Source: an uncultured delta proteobacterium (GTDB taxonomy: Bacteria > Desulfobacterota > Desulfuromonadia > Geobacterales > Pseudopelobacteraceae). Taken from it: DNA of 64,000 bases. Below, one piece after another: positions 40,449-54,168 of the stretch. The notes beneath the pieces were generated by a model, which was given only the letters and a program-made list of their open reading frames with translations, was not told the origin of the DNA and did not search any database. The translations under genes and the position numbers were made by a program. Numbering within the stretch: the stretch's first letter is position 1; each line of letters starts with the position of its first letter. The DNA lies in NCBI GenBank assembly GCA_963772835.1, contig CAVYYZ010000011.1, positions 1 to 64,000 of the forward strand, given 5' to 3'.

Positions 40449-41114
40449 ATGGAAGAGCATCAGGAATCAAATCAGACAGTGTTCACGCCGGTGCAGCCGC
40501 AACCGGTCAAAAAGAAAGGTCTCTTACGTGAGTATGCGGAGTCGATTGCGATTGCGATTCTGCTGGCGCTGGTAATCCGTACCTATCTGGTCCAGGCTTT
40601 CAAGATTCCGTCCGGGTCAATGGAGGATACCCTGGCGATCGGTGACCATCTGCTGGTCAGCAAGTTTATCTATGGCACCAAAATTCCTTTTATTGACAAA
40701 AGAGTTCTGACAATCCGTGATCCGCAACAGGGGGATGTTGTCGTATTTGAGTATCCCGAAGATCCGAGCAAGGATTTTATAAAGCGGGTGATCGGTGTGC
40801 CTGGTGATGTGGTAGAGGGTAAGGAGAAGAAGGTCTACGTAAATGGAAAACTGTATGAAAATCCGCATGAAGTACACAAAGAAAAGGATATTATCCCGAA
40901 AGAGATGAATCCTCGTGACACATTCGGCCCGGTTACCGTGCCGCCCGGTTCGTACTTTATGATGGGGGATAACCGGGACCGCTCCTACGACAGTCGTTTC
41001 TGGAAATTTGTCAGGCGTGATCAGATCAAGGGGCTGGCCTTTATCAAATACTGGTCGTGGGATCACGAAAAACTCAGGCCACGGTTCGGGAGCATAGGTC
41101 GACTAATTAACTGA
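40449..41114 (+). CDS. lepB: Signal peptidase I
   Basis: IPSGSM..TL, FIKRVIG.PGD, GDNRD.S.DSR. Confidence 0.96.
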   Translation: MEEHQESNQTVFTPVQPQPVKKKGLLREYAESIAIAILLALVIRTYLVQAFKIPSGSMEDTLAIGDHLLVSKFIYGTKIPFIDKRVLTIRDPQQGDVVVFEYPEDPSKDFIKRVIGVPGDVVEGKEKKVYVNGKLYENPHEVHKEKDIIPKEMNPRDTFGPVTVPPGSYFMMGDNRDRSYDSRFWKFVRRDQIKGLAFIKYWSWDHEKLRPRFGSIGRLIN

Positions 41115-41263
41115 AAAACAATATGCCGCGGAGCAACGGAGGCATGGTGAAAGTCACGTAATTATCTTATTGTTTGTAACGCTCAACCATCTGATTTTTC
41201 TTTGAATTTCCCGCCTTTCCGAGGTAAATATTTTTAACTCGTCATTTTAAAACGGAGGATAGT

Positions 41264-43048
41264 ATGGATAGACTTGGAAACTGGAAGCGGACACATTACT
41301 GTGGAGATCTGCGAGCTGCGGACGTTGGCAGTGAAGTTATATTGATGGGATGGGCACTCCGCCGTCGCGATCATGGCGGACTGATCTTTATTGATTTGCG
41401 CGACCGCGAAGGAATTGCCCAGATCGTGTTCGACCCGGAAGTCAATCAATCAGGACATGCTGTCGCGGAATCTGTGCGGAGCGAATTTGTACTTGCGATC
41501 AGAGGTACGGTTATTCACCGCCCGGAAGGTACCGTCAACCCGAATATGAAGACCGGAGAGGTTGAAATTCAGGTGTCGGAATGCAAACTGCTCAACCGCT
41601 CCAAGCCGCTCCCGTTCATGCTCGACGAACACAGCGATATCAATGAAAATATCCGTCTGAAGTACCGCTATCTTGATCTTCGACGCCCCCAGCTTCAATA
41701 TAACCTGATCCTGCGTTCAAAAGTATCCCAGCTGACCCGCTCATATCTGACTGAACATGGATTTATCGAACTTGAGACGCCGTTTCTTACAAAATCGACC
41801 CCGGAAGGAGCACGTGACTTTCTCGTGCCGTCCCGTATCAATCAGGGGCATTTTTATGCATTGCCCCAATCTCCTCAGATTTTTAAACAAATTCTTATGA
41901 TTTCCGGTTTTGACAAATATTTCCAGGTTGTGAGGTGTTTCCGTGATGAGGATCTGCGCGCAGATCGTCAACCGGAGTTTACTCAAATTGACTGTGAGAT
42001 GTCCTTTATTGATCAGGAGGATATAATTACAGTCATGGAGGGGTTGATTGCCCGTATTTTCACCGATGCCAAAGGGGTAACGGTTCAGCTGCCGGTGGAG
42101 CGTCTCACCTATGCCGAGGCAATTCGTCGTTTCGGTCTCGATAATCCCGACCTTCGCTTCGGTATGGAACTGTGCGATCTGACTGACATAGTTATGGGGG
42201 CAGGCTTCAAAGTCTTTGCCGATGTCGCCTCGAAAGGGGGGGTAATAAAGGGTATCAATGCTAAAAATTGTGCAAAATTCTCCCGCAAAGAGATCGATGA
42301 CTTAACCGAATTTGTCAAAATTTACGGCGCCAAGGGGTTGGCGTATGTCAAGATCGAGAATGGCGAGTGGCATTCTCCGATTGCCAAATTTTTTACTGCG
42401 GAAGAGATAGCTGCAATGAACAGTCATTTCGGGGCTGAAGAGGGGGATCTGCTCTTCTTTGTCGCTGACAAACCAAAAGTCGTCAATGATTCACTCGGTA
42501 AGCTGCGTAACCACCTGGCGAATCTTCTCAAGCTGACAAACAAGGAGGACTACCGTTTCGTATGGATAACTGAATTTCCGCTTCTGGAGTGGGACGAGGA
42601 TGAAAAACGATGGAGTGCAGTCCACCATCCTTTCACCGCGCCGATGGATGAAGATCTCGAATTTGTTGAGTCTGATCCGGGCCGCTGCCGAGCCAAGGCG
42701 TATGACCTCGTGTTGAACGGCAATGAGATAGGCGGAGGTTCAATAAGAATTCATCAGGAGCACGTGCAGTCTTTGATGTTCAAACTCTTAGGAATGTCTG
42801 TTGAGGATGCCCGCAGCAAGTTCGGCTTTCTGCTCGATGCACTTGAGTTCGGCACACCGCCGCACGGCGGGATAGCATTTGGTATGGATCGATTGATAAT
42901 GCTGCTGACCGGCAGCGACTCAATCCGTGATGTTATTGCGTTCCCGAAAACTCAGAAGGGAACCTGCATGATGTCTGAAGCCCCTTCTCCGGTTGATATC
43001 AAGCAACTCCGTGAGCTGGGTATACGTTTAGCAGAAAAAAAGGTTTAA
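41264..43048 (+). CDS. aspS: Aspartate--tRNA ligase
   Basis: [45 protein letters not shown]. Confidence 0.97.
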   Translation: MDRLGNWKRTHYCGDLRAADVGSEVILMGWALRRRDHGGLIFIDLRDREGIAQIVFDPEVNQSGHAVAESVRSEFVLAIRGTVIHRPEGTVNPNMKTGEVEIQVSECKLLNRSKPLPFMLDEHSDINENIRLKYRYLDLRRPQLQYNLILRSKVSQLTRSYLTEHGFIELETPFLTKSTPEGARDFLVPSRINQGHFYALPQSPQIFKQILMISGFDKYFQVVRCFRDEDLRADRQPEFTQIDCEMSFIDQEDIITVMEGLIARIFTDAKGVTVQLPVERLTYAEAIRRFGLDNPDLRFGMELCDLTDIVMGAGFKVFADVASKGGVIKGINAKNCAKFSRKEIDDLTEFVKIYGAKGLAYVKIENGEWHSPIAKFFTAEEIAAMNSHFGAEEGDLLFFVADKPKVVNDSLGKLRNHLANLLKLTNKEDYRFVWITEFPLLEWDEDEKRWSAVHHPFTAPMDEDLEFVESDPGRCRAKAYDLVLNGNEIGGGSIRIHQEHVQSLMFKLLGMSVEDARSKFGFLLDALEFGTPPHGGIAFGMDRLIMLLTGSDSIRDVIAFPKTQKGTCMMSEAPSPVDIKQLRELGIRLAEKKV

Positions 43049-43050
43049 TT

Positions 43051-43743
43051 GTGTCTGTAGTATGCCGCCAGGCTTTTTGCATACTGTTGTTAAGTGTACT
43101 GCCGGTGGCCTGCTCAGCACCAATTCCTACCTGGCGCAGCAAGACAGCTCCTCTGGTTGAAGAGCTTTCCCGTCGGGAAGTCCCTTTACAGTTTCCTCAG
43201 GAGTACCGGAGTCTACTGGAAACGTTTGAGCATGGTGAGGCGCTCTATCACGTTCGAAAAGACGATAAGGGTGCTGATGTGTATTATCGGCTGGCATTTC
43301 AAAAAGCGGAGATGTTGAAGTCAGAGATTTTAAGAATAAAAAAACGACATGCCGACGAGAAGCAGCAGCGCATAAATGAACTCGCCGCCAAGGCAAAAAA
43401 TGAGCAGTTAATGCGCGCGGCAGCAGAAGCAGAATTGCGGCTGAGGGCGCAACAGGCGGCCAGTGCTGCTGAGACTGCTCGTTCTACCCGTAAGAAAACC
43501 AAGGAAACCCAGCCAGCGCTGCCGTCTTCATACACTGTCCGACGTGGTGAAACGTTGCCGCAGATTTCCGCACGGACAGAAATTTATAACGATTCGACAC
43601 TCTGGCCGATTATCTATCGCGCCAATCGCGACCAGATCCGCGACCCCAAACGGCTCTGGCCGGGCCAGATTCTTATCATTCCACGAAATACCAGCCGGGA
43701 TGAAGAGGTTGAAGCGCGTCATTTTTCCACTAAAAACAAATAA
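43051..43743 (+). CDS. LysM domain lipoprotein
   Basis: Lipobox-like PVAC; coiled coil; YTV.RGETL..I...W..IY.ANRDQI.DP....PGQ.L.IP. Confidence 0.85.
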   Translation: MSVVCRQAFCILLLSVLPVACSAPIPTWRSKTAPLVEELSRREVPLQFPQEYRSLLETFEHGEALYHVRKDDKGADVYYRLAFQKAEMLKSEILRIKKRHADEKQQRINELAAKAKNEQLMRAAAEAELRLRAQQAASAAETARSTRKKTKETQPALPSSYTVRRGETLPQISARTEIYNDSTLWPIIYRANRDQIRDPKRLWPGQILIIPRNTSRDEEVEARHFSTKNK

Positions 43744-43805
43744 ATTTTCTAATAGTGCCGATCTGTATTCAACTGCCTTATCCGTTGGCTTGAGCCGATT
43801 TTCCC

Positions 43806-43840
43806 TTGACACCCAAACGGGTTTTGTATACTGTATACAG
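43806..43840 (+). promoter_or_regulatory. icd promoter with overlapping TGTATACTGTATACA palindromic operator
   Basis: TTGACA at 43806; TGTATAC-T-GTATACA at 43825-43839 covering the -10 region. Confidence 0.65.
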
Positions 43841-44031
43841 ATTATTTACTGTGACTATAAAGTATCGTTATGACTTATAGTTTTATCAAAAAACGCGGTC
43901 ACATTTTAGCGTGACACCCTGTGGACGGAAGGTGAGTTGCTGTGGCAGAGAAAGCGTTCGTTCAGGATGTTTCGGTTGCAGGAAACAGTACTGTTTTCAA
44001 AGAGCCTTTGGCTTTCTTGTATTAAAACTAA

Positions 44032-46266
<2,235 letters not shown>

Positions 46267-46324
46267 TAGCTATGAGTTTCAACGCTCTTTTAAAATTATG
46301 TTCAGTACCGTACGAAGTGAGCTG

Positions 46325-47737
46325 ATGGAATATACATACGTTACCGTCCCTTCAGGGGAAAAGATCACCATGGGAAGTAACGGCATGCTGATGGTGCCGA
46401 ACAACCCGATCATTCCCTATATTGAAGGAGACGGTACCGGTGTTGATATCTGGAAGGCTTCGGTCCGTGTATTCGATGCCGCCGTAGAAAAGGCCTACGG
46501 TGGCTCGAAAAAAATCAGCTGGATGGAAGTATATGCCGGTGAGAAACCCTTTAACCGTTTCCGTTCGGAAATGGGAGACAAAGCCTGGTTGCCGGATGAA
46601 ACAGTTGAGGCTTTCAGGGAGTTTCTGGTCGGAATCAAAGGTCCACTGACAACTCCGATCGGAGGCGGCATTCGCTCTCTGAATGTTGCTCTCCGACAAA
46701 TGCTCGACCTGTACACCTGCCTTCGTCCTATTCGGTATTTTCAGGGCGTACCCACTCCGGTGAAAAAACCGGAGGATGTTGATATGGTTATCTTCCGTGA
46801 AAACTGTGAAGATATTTATGTCGGTATAGAATGGATGACCGGTACTCCCGAATGTGACAAAATCGTGCAATTTCTGATCAAAGAGATGGGCGTCAGCAGG
46901 ATCCGTTTTCCGGAAAGTTCATCAATCGGCATCAAGCCCGTCTCTCGCGATGGTTCAGAACGCTTGATCCGTGCTGCTATTCAGTATGCCCTTGATCACA
47001 AACGCAAATCAGTGACGATTGTCCATAAGGGCAACATCATGAAATTCACTGAGGGCGCGTTCAAGGATTGGGGCTATGCATTGGCCACGACCGAGTTCCG
47101 TTCCCGGATTGTAACCGAGCGGGAATCATGGATTATTAATAATCAGGACCGTAATTCAGCTATTTCTGTTGAAGAAAATGCACGAATGATTGACCCCGGC
47201 TATGATATGATGTCGCCGCAACAGAAGAAAGGCATCTGTAACGAAGTTGAAGCTGCTCTTAAGCTGTTGCCGACTCACGGTAATGGTCAGCTGAAAAAAC
47301 TGTTGATGATCAAGGACACTATTGCCGACATCACTTTTCAACAGGTACTCACCCGTGCCAAGGAGTTTGATGTCGTTGCTGCAATGAACCTTGAAGGAGA
47401 TCTACTTTCTGATGCACTTGCTGCTCAGGTTGGCGGTATCGGCATCGCCCCCGGTGCCAACATTAACTATGTAACCGGGCACGCAATCTTTGAAGCAACG
47501 CATGGTACAGCGCCTAAGTACGCTAATCTGGATAAAGTTAATCCTGGATCTGTGATACTTTCAGGTGTTATGATGCTCGAATATCTGGGGTGGCAGGAAG
47601 CAGCCGATCTCATCATAAAAACGCTCGACAGAACTATTGGTCAGAAACGCGTTACGTACGATTTTGAACGCATGATGCAGGGTGCCACGTTACTGTCCTG
47701 TTCCGGCTTTGCCGATGCCCTGATTGAAAACATGTGA
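46325..47737 (+). CDS. icd: Homodimeric (E. coli-type) NADP-dependent isocitrate dehydrogenase
   Basis: [46 protein letters not shown]. Confidence 0.95.
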   Translation: MEYTYVTVPSGEKITMGSNGMLMVPNNPIIPYIEGDGTGVDIWKASVRVFDAAVEKAYGGSKKISWMEVYAGEKPFNRFRSEMGDKAWLPDETVEAFREFLVGIKGPLTTPIGGGIRSLNVALRQMLDLYTCLRPIRYFQGVPTPVKKPEDVDMVIFRENCEDIYVGIEWMTGTPECDKIVQFLIKEMGVSRIRFPESSSIGIKPVSRDGSERLIRAAIQYALDHKRKSVTIVHKGNIMKFTEGAFKDWGYALATTEFRSRIVTERESWIINNQDRNSAISVEENARMIDPGYDMMSPQQKKGICNEVEAALKLLPTHGNGQLKKLLMIKDTIADITFQQVLTRAKEFDVVAAMNLEGDLLSDALAAQVGGIGIAPGANINYVTGHAIFEATHGTAPKYANLDKVNPGSVILSGVMMLEYLGWQEAADLIIKTLDRTIGQKRVTYDFERMMQGATLLSCSGFADALIENM

Positions 47738-47785
47738 GTGTATATGAGTTAGCAGGGGCCGGAGATACAACTCCTGCCTTATTAA

Positions 47786-48760
<975 letters not shown>

Positions 48761-48789
48761 TGATTATCCCAGGTTTCTGGATGTCGCCG

Positions 48790-48819
48790 AAAGAAGGGCG
48801 GAATACTCCGCCCTTCTTT
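48790..48819. terminator. Strong hairpin between mdh and korD
   Basis: AAAGAAGGGCGGA-ATAC-TCCGCCCTTCTTT perfect 13-bp stem. Confidence 0.7.
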
Positions 48820-48880
48820 CACTACATTTTGGAGCCTGTATTTACCACCTTTTATTACGGAATAAAGGAGTCTTTCCAAG

Positions 48881-49078
48881 ATGGAAAAAACATTACCAAA
48901 AATTGAAATTATTGAGAAGTACTGCAAAGGGTGCCATATCTGTGTTGAATTCTGCCCTAAAGATGTGCTTGAGATGAAAGGCTTTTACGCTTCTGTGAAA
49001 AATCTTGAAGCCTGTATTAAATGTATGCAGTGTGAATTACGCTGCCCCGATTTTGCTATCAAAGTTATAACCGAATAA
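48881..49078 (+). CDS. korD: 2-oxoglutarate:ferredoxin oxidoreductase delta (ferredoxin) subunit
   Basis: CKGC.ICV.FCP and C..C.QCELRCPDFAI. Confidence 0.9.
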   Translation: MEKTLPKIEIIEKYCKGCHICVEFCPKDVLEMKGFYASVKNLEACIKCMQCELRCPDFAIKVITE

Positions 49079-49100
49079 AATCTACAGGAGGAAATGAACA

Positions 49101-50234
49101 GTGTCCAAAAAAGTAGCGTTTCTTCAGGGTAATGAAGCCGCCGCACATGGTGCATTATACGCCGGGTGCGATTTCTTTGCAGGTTACCCGATTACCCCCT
49201 CGACAGAAGTTTCTGAAGTGCTTTCTGCCGAATTACCCAAATTTGGCGGAAAATTTCTACAGATGGAAGATGAAATTGCCGCCATGGCTGCCATTCTTGG
49301 CGCATCGCTTGCCGGTGCAAAAGTACTGACCTCGACTTCCGGTCCCGGTCTTTCCCTGAAGCAGGAATTGATCGGCTACGGCTGCATCGCCGAAATCCCT
49401 TGCGTTATCTATAATGTCATGCGTGGCGGTCCTTCAACCGGTATGCCTACCGGTCCTTCGCAGTCGGATGTTATGTGCGCCAAATGGGGAACACATGGTG
49501 ACCATCCTGCCATCTGTCTGACTCCGGCTTCCGTTCAGGAAACGTATGAAGAAGTTATTCGTGCCTTCAACCTGGCCGAAAAATATCGTACTCCTGTTAT
49601 GGTTATGCCGGACGAAATCATTGCCCATATGCGTGAGCGGATTGTTTTCCCCGAACCGGGTGAAATTGAAGTTGTCCCCCGCAAATCTCCGACAGTTCCG
49701 CCCGAACAGTACAAACCGTACGACACCAGCTTCGGTGATGTACCGCCGCTTGCTGCCTTCGGTTCCGGATACAAGTTTCACGTCACCGGCCTTAACAAGA
49801 TGCAGGACGGTTTTCCTACTACAAAGGCCGATGTTGTACAGGCTGAGGAAGAACGCCAGATCCGCAAGGTAGATGCAAACATTGATGATATCGTCACGTT
49901 TGAGGAGTATCTGCTGGAAGACGCTGACGTCGTTGTCGTAGCGTATGGTTCCACCTCTCGCTCGGCGCGGTATGCAGTCAATGTTGCCCGCGAACAGGGA
50001 ATCAAGGCCGGCATGTTCAGAATCAAAACCTTCTGGCCGTTTCCGGATAAGCAGATCAAGGCTTTGGCCGGCAAAGTCAAAGCAATCATTATTCCGGAAA
50101 TGAATCTGGGTATGTGCTCACTTGAGCTTGAGCGTTGTGCGCAGGGCAAGGTTCCGGTCCTCGGTATTTTCCGTGTTGACGGAGAACCTATCAACCCTGA
50201 CCAGATCCTCGATAAGATTAAGGAGGTTAAATAA
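49101..50234 (+). CDS. korA: 2-oxoglutarate:ferredoxin oxidoreductase alpha subunit
   Basis: GYPITPSTE, QMEDEI, TSGPG, RGGPSTG.PT. Confidence 0.92.
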   Translation: MSKKVAFLQGNEAAAHGALYAGCDFFAGYPITPSTEVSEVLSAELPKFGGKFLQMEDEIAAMAAILGASLAGAKVLTSTSGPGLSLKQELIGYGCIAEIPCVIYNVMRGGPSTGMPTGPSQSDVMCAKWGTHGDHPAICLTPASVQETYEEVIRAFNLAEKYRTPVMVMPDEIIAHMRERIVFPEPGEIEVVPRKSPTVPPEQYKPYDTSFGDVPPLAAFGSGYKFHVTGLNKMQDGFPTTKADVVQAEEERQIRKVDANIDDIVTFEEYLLEDADVVVVAYGSTSRSARYAVNVAREQGIKAGMFRIKTFWPFPDKQIKALAGKVKAIIIPEMNLGMCSLELERCAQGKVPVLGIFRVDGEPINPDQILDKIKEVK

Positions 50235-50235
50235 C

Positions 50236-51057
50236 ATGGCATTTGATTATGATAAATGGATTCGCCCCGGCAAATTGCCGCACATCTGGTGCCCAGGTTG
50301 CGGTCACGGCATCGTCATGAAGGGTCTTATCCGTGCGATGGAAACGCTTCAACTTAAAAAAGAAGAAACCGCTGTTGTGTCGGGAATCGGCTGTGCATCA
50401 CGTCTTCCCGGTTATATTGACTGCTGTACGCTGCACACCGCCCATGGACGCGCCGCCGCATTTGCAACCGGTGTAAAAATGGCCAAGCCGGAAATGAATG
50501 TTATTCTGGTTGGCGGCGATGGCGACGGTACTGCTATCGGTGGTAATCACTTCATCCACGCGTGCCGCCGTAATATCGACATGACCTACATCATCATGAA
50601 CAATTATATCTACGGAATGACCGGCGGACAGTTTTCGCCCTGTACACCAACCGGTCACAAGGCATCCACAACTCCGTACGGTAACCCTGATCCCGGCTTT
50701 GATATTGCCAAGCTGGCAATCGGCGCCGGTGCTACTTTTGTAGCCCGTGGTACCGCGTTCCATGCCAACCAGATTGATAAGCTTATCGTTGAAGCGATTC
50801 AGCACAAAGGGTTCTCGGTTGTCGAGATTCTTGATGACTGCCCTACAACGTACGGTCGCCGCAACAAGTTCAAGTCGGTTATCGAGATGATGAATCGTCT
50901 GAAAGAGGTTGCCGTGCCGGTTAAAGCAGCAGAGAAAATGACTGCTGAACAACTGCAGGGTAAAATTCTTACCGGTGTTCTCTACAGGGATGATACAAAA
51001 CCTGAGTATACTGCCGAGTACGCCAAAGTTATCGAGCGTGCCAAGGCTGCCAAGTAA
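50236..51057 (+). CDS. korB: 2-oxoglutarate:ferredoxin oxidoreductase beta subunit
   Basis: WCPGCG, SGIGC, HGR, GDGD...IGGNH, YGMTGGQ. Confidence 0.92.
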   Translation: MAFDYDKWIRPGKLPHIWCPGCGHGIVMKGLIRAMETLQLKKEETAVVSGIGCASRLPGYIDCCTLHTAHGRAAAFATGVKMAKPEMNVILVGGDGDGTAIGGNHFIHACRRNIDMTYIIMNNYIYGMTGGQFSPCTPTGHKASTTPYGNPDPGFDIAKLAIGAGATFVARGTAFHANQIDKLIVEAIQHKGFSVVEILDDCPTTYGRRNKFKSVIEMMNRLKEVAVPVKAAEKMTAEQLQGKILTGVLYRDDTKPEYTAEYAKVIERAKAAK

Positions 51058-51085
51058 CAATTACAGGAAAAGGAGCGATATATTC

Positions 51086-51634
51086 ATGTCAAGATATGAA
51101 CTCAGGTTTTCCGGTTCAGGTGGGCAGGGTCTGATCACCGCCGGAATTATTATGGCCAAAGCCGCTTCGATATACGAAGGTAAGCAGGCTGTTCAATCGC
51201 AAAGTTATGGACCTGAAGCGCGTGGCGGTTCTTCAAAATCAGAAGTAATTATTTCTGATGGTCCGATCGATTATCCGAAAGCCACTACGGTAGACGCACT
51301 ACTGGCCATGACTCAGGAAGCGTGTGACAAGTACACACACGATCTGAAAGAAGGCGGTATCCTGCTGGTTGATTCCGATCTCGTTACAAAACTGCCGACC
51401 AGCGGCAATTACAAGATTGTCTCATTCCCGATCATTAATACTGCCAAAAACGATGTTGGTCGTGAGATCGTCGCCAATATAGTTGCTCTTGGAGCAATGG
51501 TTGCGTTGACCGGTCAGGTAAGTCGGGAAAATGCCGAAAAGGCGGTTCTGTCAAGTGTCCCCGAGGCATTTATTGAACTTAACAGAAAGGCATTCAGTAT
51601 CGGATATGAGAAGGCACTGGCAGCCAGCGCCTAG
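51086..51634 (+). CDS. korC: 2-oxoglutarate:ferredoxin oxidoreductase gamma subunit
   Basis: GSGGQG, SYGPEARGG.S. Confidence 0.92.
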   Translation: MSRYELRFSGSGGQGLITAGIIMAKAASIYEGKQAVQSQSYGPEARGGSSKSEVIISDGPIDYPKATTVDALLAMTQEACDKYTHDLKEGGILLVDSDLVTKLPTSGNYKIVSFPIINTAKNDVGREIVANIVALGAMVALTGQVSRENAEKAVLSSVPEAFIELNRKAFSIGYEKALAASA

Positions 51635-51656
51635 AAGTTGATACTGCGTAAACGGT

Positions 51657-51698
51657 AACACGAAAGGCCCGGTGCATGATCATCGGGCTTTTCGTGTT
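51657..51698. terminator. Intrinsic terminator after kor operon
   Basis: AACACGAAAGGCCCG...CGGGCTTTTCGTGTT inverted repeat. Confidence 0.75.
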
Positions 51699-51861
51699 TA
51701 AGCGGTTCATTGTTTTTGTTTATCGCTCTTGCCGTAATCGGTAAAGTAATGCTAGACTGCGAACACTATTTTCCGCTAATTCAATGCTTGTCACGGAGCA
51801 GCCATATAAAGGAATTGTACATGTCTCAGCTTCAATATAGTGCCGTAACAGCAGATACTCC

Positions 51862-52701
51862 ATGAAAATTCCAGAATGTTTTGATGTTTTGGTCCGTAAC
51901 GGTCAGGTAGATGAGGTTGTCTCACGTCTGATGAGTGGTAAGGAGGCGGATGTGTATGTGGTACAGTCAAAGGGAGAGCTTTGCTGTGCCAAAGTGTACA
52001 AGGACATCCGCACACGCAGTTTCAGCCAGATGGCTCAGTATCAGGAAGGGCGTAAGGGTCGAAACAGTCGCCAGGCGCGGGCAATGCAGAAAAATACAAG
52101 ATACGGCCGTAAAGAAACTGAGGAAGCCTGGAAAAATGCCGAGGTTGACGCGCTGAGGACTCTTGCAGAAGCGGGGGTACGGGTTCCGCACGTATATGAC
52201 TATACAGCCGGTATTCTGTTGATGGAGCTGGTGGTTGATGCCGATGGCAGTGCGGCCCCCAGGCTCAACGACCTTCGGTTTACACAGGCAGAGGCACGTG
52301 AATATCATTATGAGTTGATAAAAAATATTGTTCTCATGTTGTGTGCCGGGATTATTCACGGTGACCTGTCTGAGTACAACGTACTTGTTGGCCGTGACGG
52401 ACTGGTTATAATCGATCTGCCGCAGGCGGTCAACGCTTCGGGTAATAACAACGCCCGCAGCATGCTTGAGCGGGACGTTGAAAACATAACTTCATATTTC
52501 GGCCGCTTCGCTCCAGACCTTATCTCCACGGAGTATGGAAAGGAAATCTGGAAACTGTATGCGAATGGAACTCTGAGCCCTGCTTCAGAACTGACCGGCC
52601 ATTTTGCACAGAGCGATAAACCGGCAGATGTGAAGGGTGTCATGCGCGAGATAGATTATGCACGGATTTTGCACGAACGGACCCTTGCCAGAACGTCTTG
52701 A
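51862..52701 (+). CDS. RIO1-like serine kinase (PA4780 family)
   Basis: SGKEA.VY, AKVYK, IHGDLSEYN, IDLPQAV. Confidence 0.9.
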   Translation: MKIPECFDVLVRNGQVDEVVSRLMSGKEADVYVVQSKGELCCAKVYKDIRTRSFSQMAQYQEGRKGRNSRQARAMQKNTRYGRKETEEAWKNAEVDALRTLAEAGVRVPHVYDYTAGILLMELVVDADGSAAPRLNDLRFTQAEAREYHYELIKNIVLMLCAGIIHGDLSEYNVLVGRDGLVIIDLPQAVNASGNNNARSMLERDVENITSYFGRFAPDLISTEYGKEIWKLYANGTLSPASELTGHFAQSDKPADVKGVMREIDYARILHERTLARTS

Positions 52702-52752
52702 ATGGCTCGAATATATGACACAACAGATTAAAACAGAGTCCAGTCTTTCATA

Positions 52753-53190
52753 ATGAAGTATCCACATGTGAAAAATATCGCACTCCTGTTATTTTACTCT
52801 GTCATTTCCATGCAGGCGTCCACAGGGTCTGCGGAAGAATTGTATCATCTGTTCTCACTGGCTGGAGGCAGATTGACTACTGCTCCCGCTGATGCCATGG
52901 CTCCGGAACCGGGTGTTGTAACAGCCAAATACGGCTATGAAATTGCGAAGGACTTCATACCTTATTTGGGTACAGGGCTTTCTTACACCTACAAACCGGA
53001 TATGAAGACGGGAAATATTGTAAGTTTTAAAACAGGAATAGCGGCACAATTCGGCTTTAATTATCTCCTTGGCACAAATACCACACTGAAAGTGGATTAC
53101 AAATATCTCACAGTGTTACCTGAACTGGCACCTGGAGAATCAAAAACACCCCCGCAATCTCTCGGTATCGGACTGGATATCAAATTCTGA
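52753..53190 (+). CDS. Small outer-membrane beta-barrel protein
   Basis: Signal peptide, PYLG.G, alternating strands, C-terminal Phe. Confidence 0.7.
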   Translation: MKYPHVKNIALLLFYSVISMQASTGSAEELYHLFSLAGGRLTTAPADAMAPEPGVVTAKYGYEIAKDFIPYLGTGLSYTYKPDMKTGNIVSFKTGIAAQFGFNYLLGTNTTLKVDYKYLTVLPELAPGESKTPPQSLGIGLDIKF

Positions 53191-53206
53191 ACAAGGATCT
53201 GCGGCC

Positions 53207-54088
53207 ATGCCTCATTACATCGAACCACTTTTTCGCCCTCCGAGTGAAGCACGAAGCCTTATCTTTCAGATTACGATCGGCTGTTCCCAGAATCAATGCC
53301 GCTTTTGCGGTATGTATAAGGGCAAGAAGTTCCATATCCGTCCTCTCCCGGAGATTATTTCAGAAATATCCGGTATTCCGGCAGGTTACCGCACCCGTAT
53401 TGACAGGGTTTTTCTGGCTGATGGGGATGCGCTGGTTTACCCGTTCGATGATCTCTGCATCATTCTTGATGCACTTGCAGCAACTTTTCCCGGCCTGACG
53501 CGGGTCTCTTCATATGCCTCTCCCAACAGTCTGACAACTAAGAACCCTTCGCAGCTGGCCACGCTGCGCTCCAAACGGCTGAAGATTCTCTATTTCGGAC
53601 TGGAGTCCGGAGATGATGCTACCCTGCTGGCGATACATAAGGGTTTTGACTCCGAAAGGATGGGCGAATTGGCTCTTGCGGCCCGTGAAGCCGGCATGAA
53701 GCTTTCGGTAACGGCCATCATCGGTCTGGCGGGGCGTGGGCGAAGCCTGCAGCATGCACGTGCGACCGCGAAGTGGGTCAACCGTATAAACCCGGAATAC
53801 TTCTCACTTTTGACGATGTTTAATCGCCATAATGATGAATTTATCCGTTCTCTCCAGCAATGTACCCGCCGGGAACTGATGCTGGAGGTGAGTGAAATGT
53901 TGCAACATCTCCATCCTGCCAAAACCATCCTCCGATCGAATCATGTTTCCAATTTTTTCGATCTGGCCGGCAGTTATCCAAAGGACCGGGAACGCTTGAT
54001 TGCCGACGTGGATTTTGCCCTTAAAAACGCAGGACTGCGGAAAAACTTTCTTGATGAAGTCCCGGTATATCAAGAGGAGTACTACTAA
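53207..54088 (+). CDS. Radical SAM protein
   Basis: RPPSEA.S, CxxxCxxC (CSQNQCRFC), FLADGDAL, GLESG, RSNH.SN. Confidence 0.9.
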   Translation: MPHYIEPLFRPPSEARSLIFQITIGCSQNQCRFCGMYKGKKFHIRPLPEIISEISGIPAGYRTRIDRVFLADGDALVYPFDDLCIILDALAATFPGLTRVSSYASPNSLTTKNPSQLATLRSKRLKILYFGLESGDDATLLAIHKGFDSERMGELALAAREAGMKLSVTAIIGLAGRGRSLQHARATAKWVNRINPEYFSLLTMFNRHNDEFIRSLQQCTRRELMLEVSEMLQHLHPAKTILRSNHVSNFFDLAGSYPKDRERLIADVDFALKNAGLRKNFLDEVPVYQEEYY

Positions 54089-54168
54089 ACTGACCTCTTT
54101 TATCTTGCCGTAATCCAATAAGAAATGTTATTTTGCCTCCGCTTAGAATCATCTGTGGAGGTTTTTTT

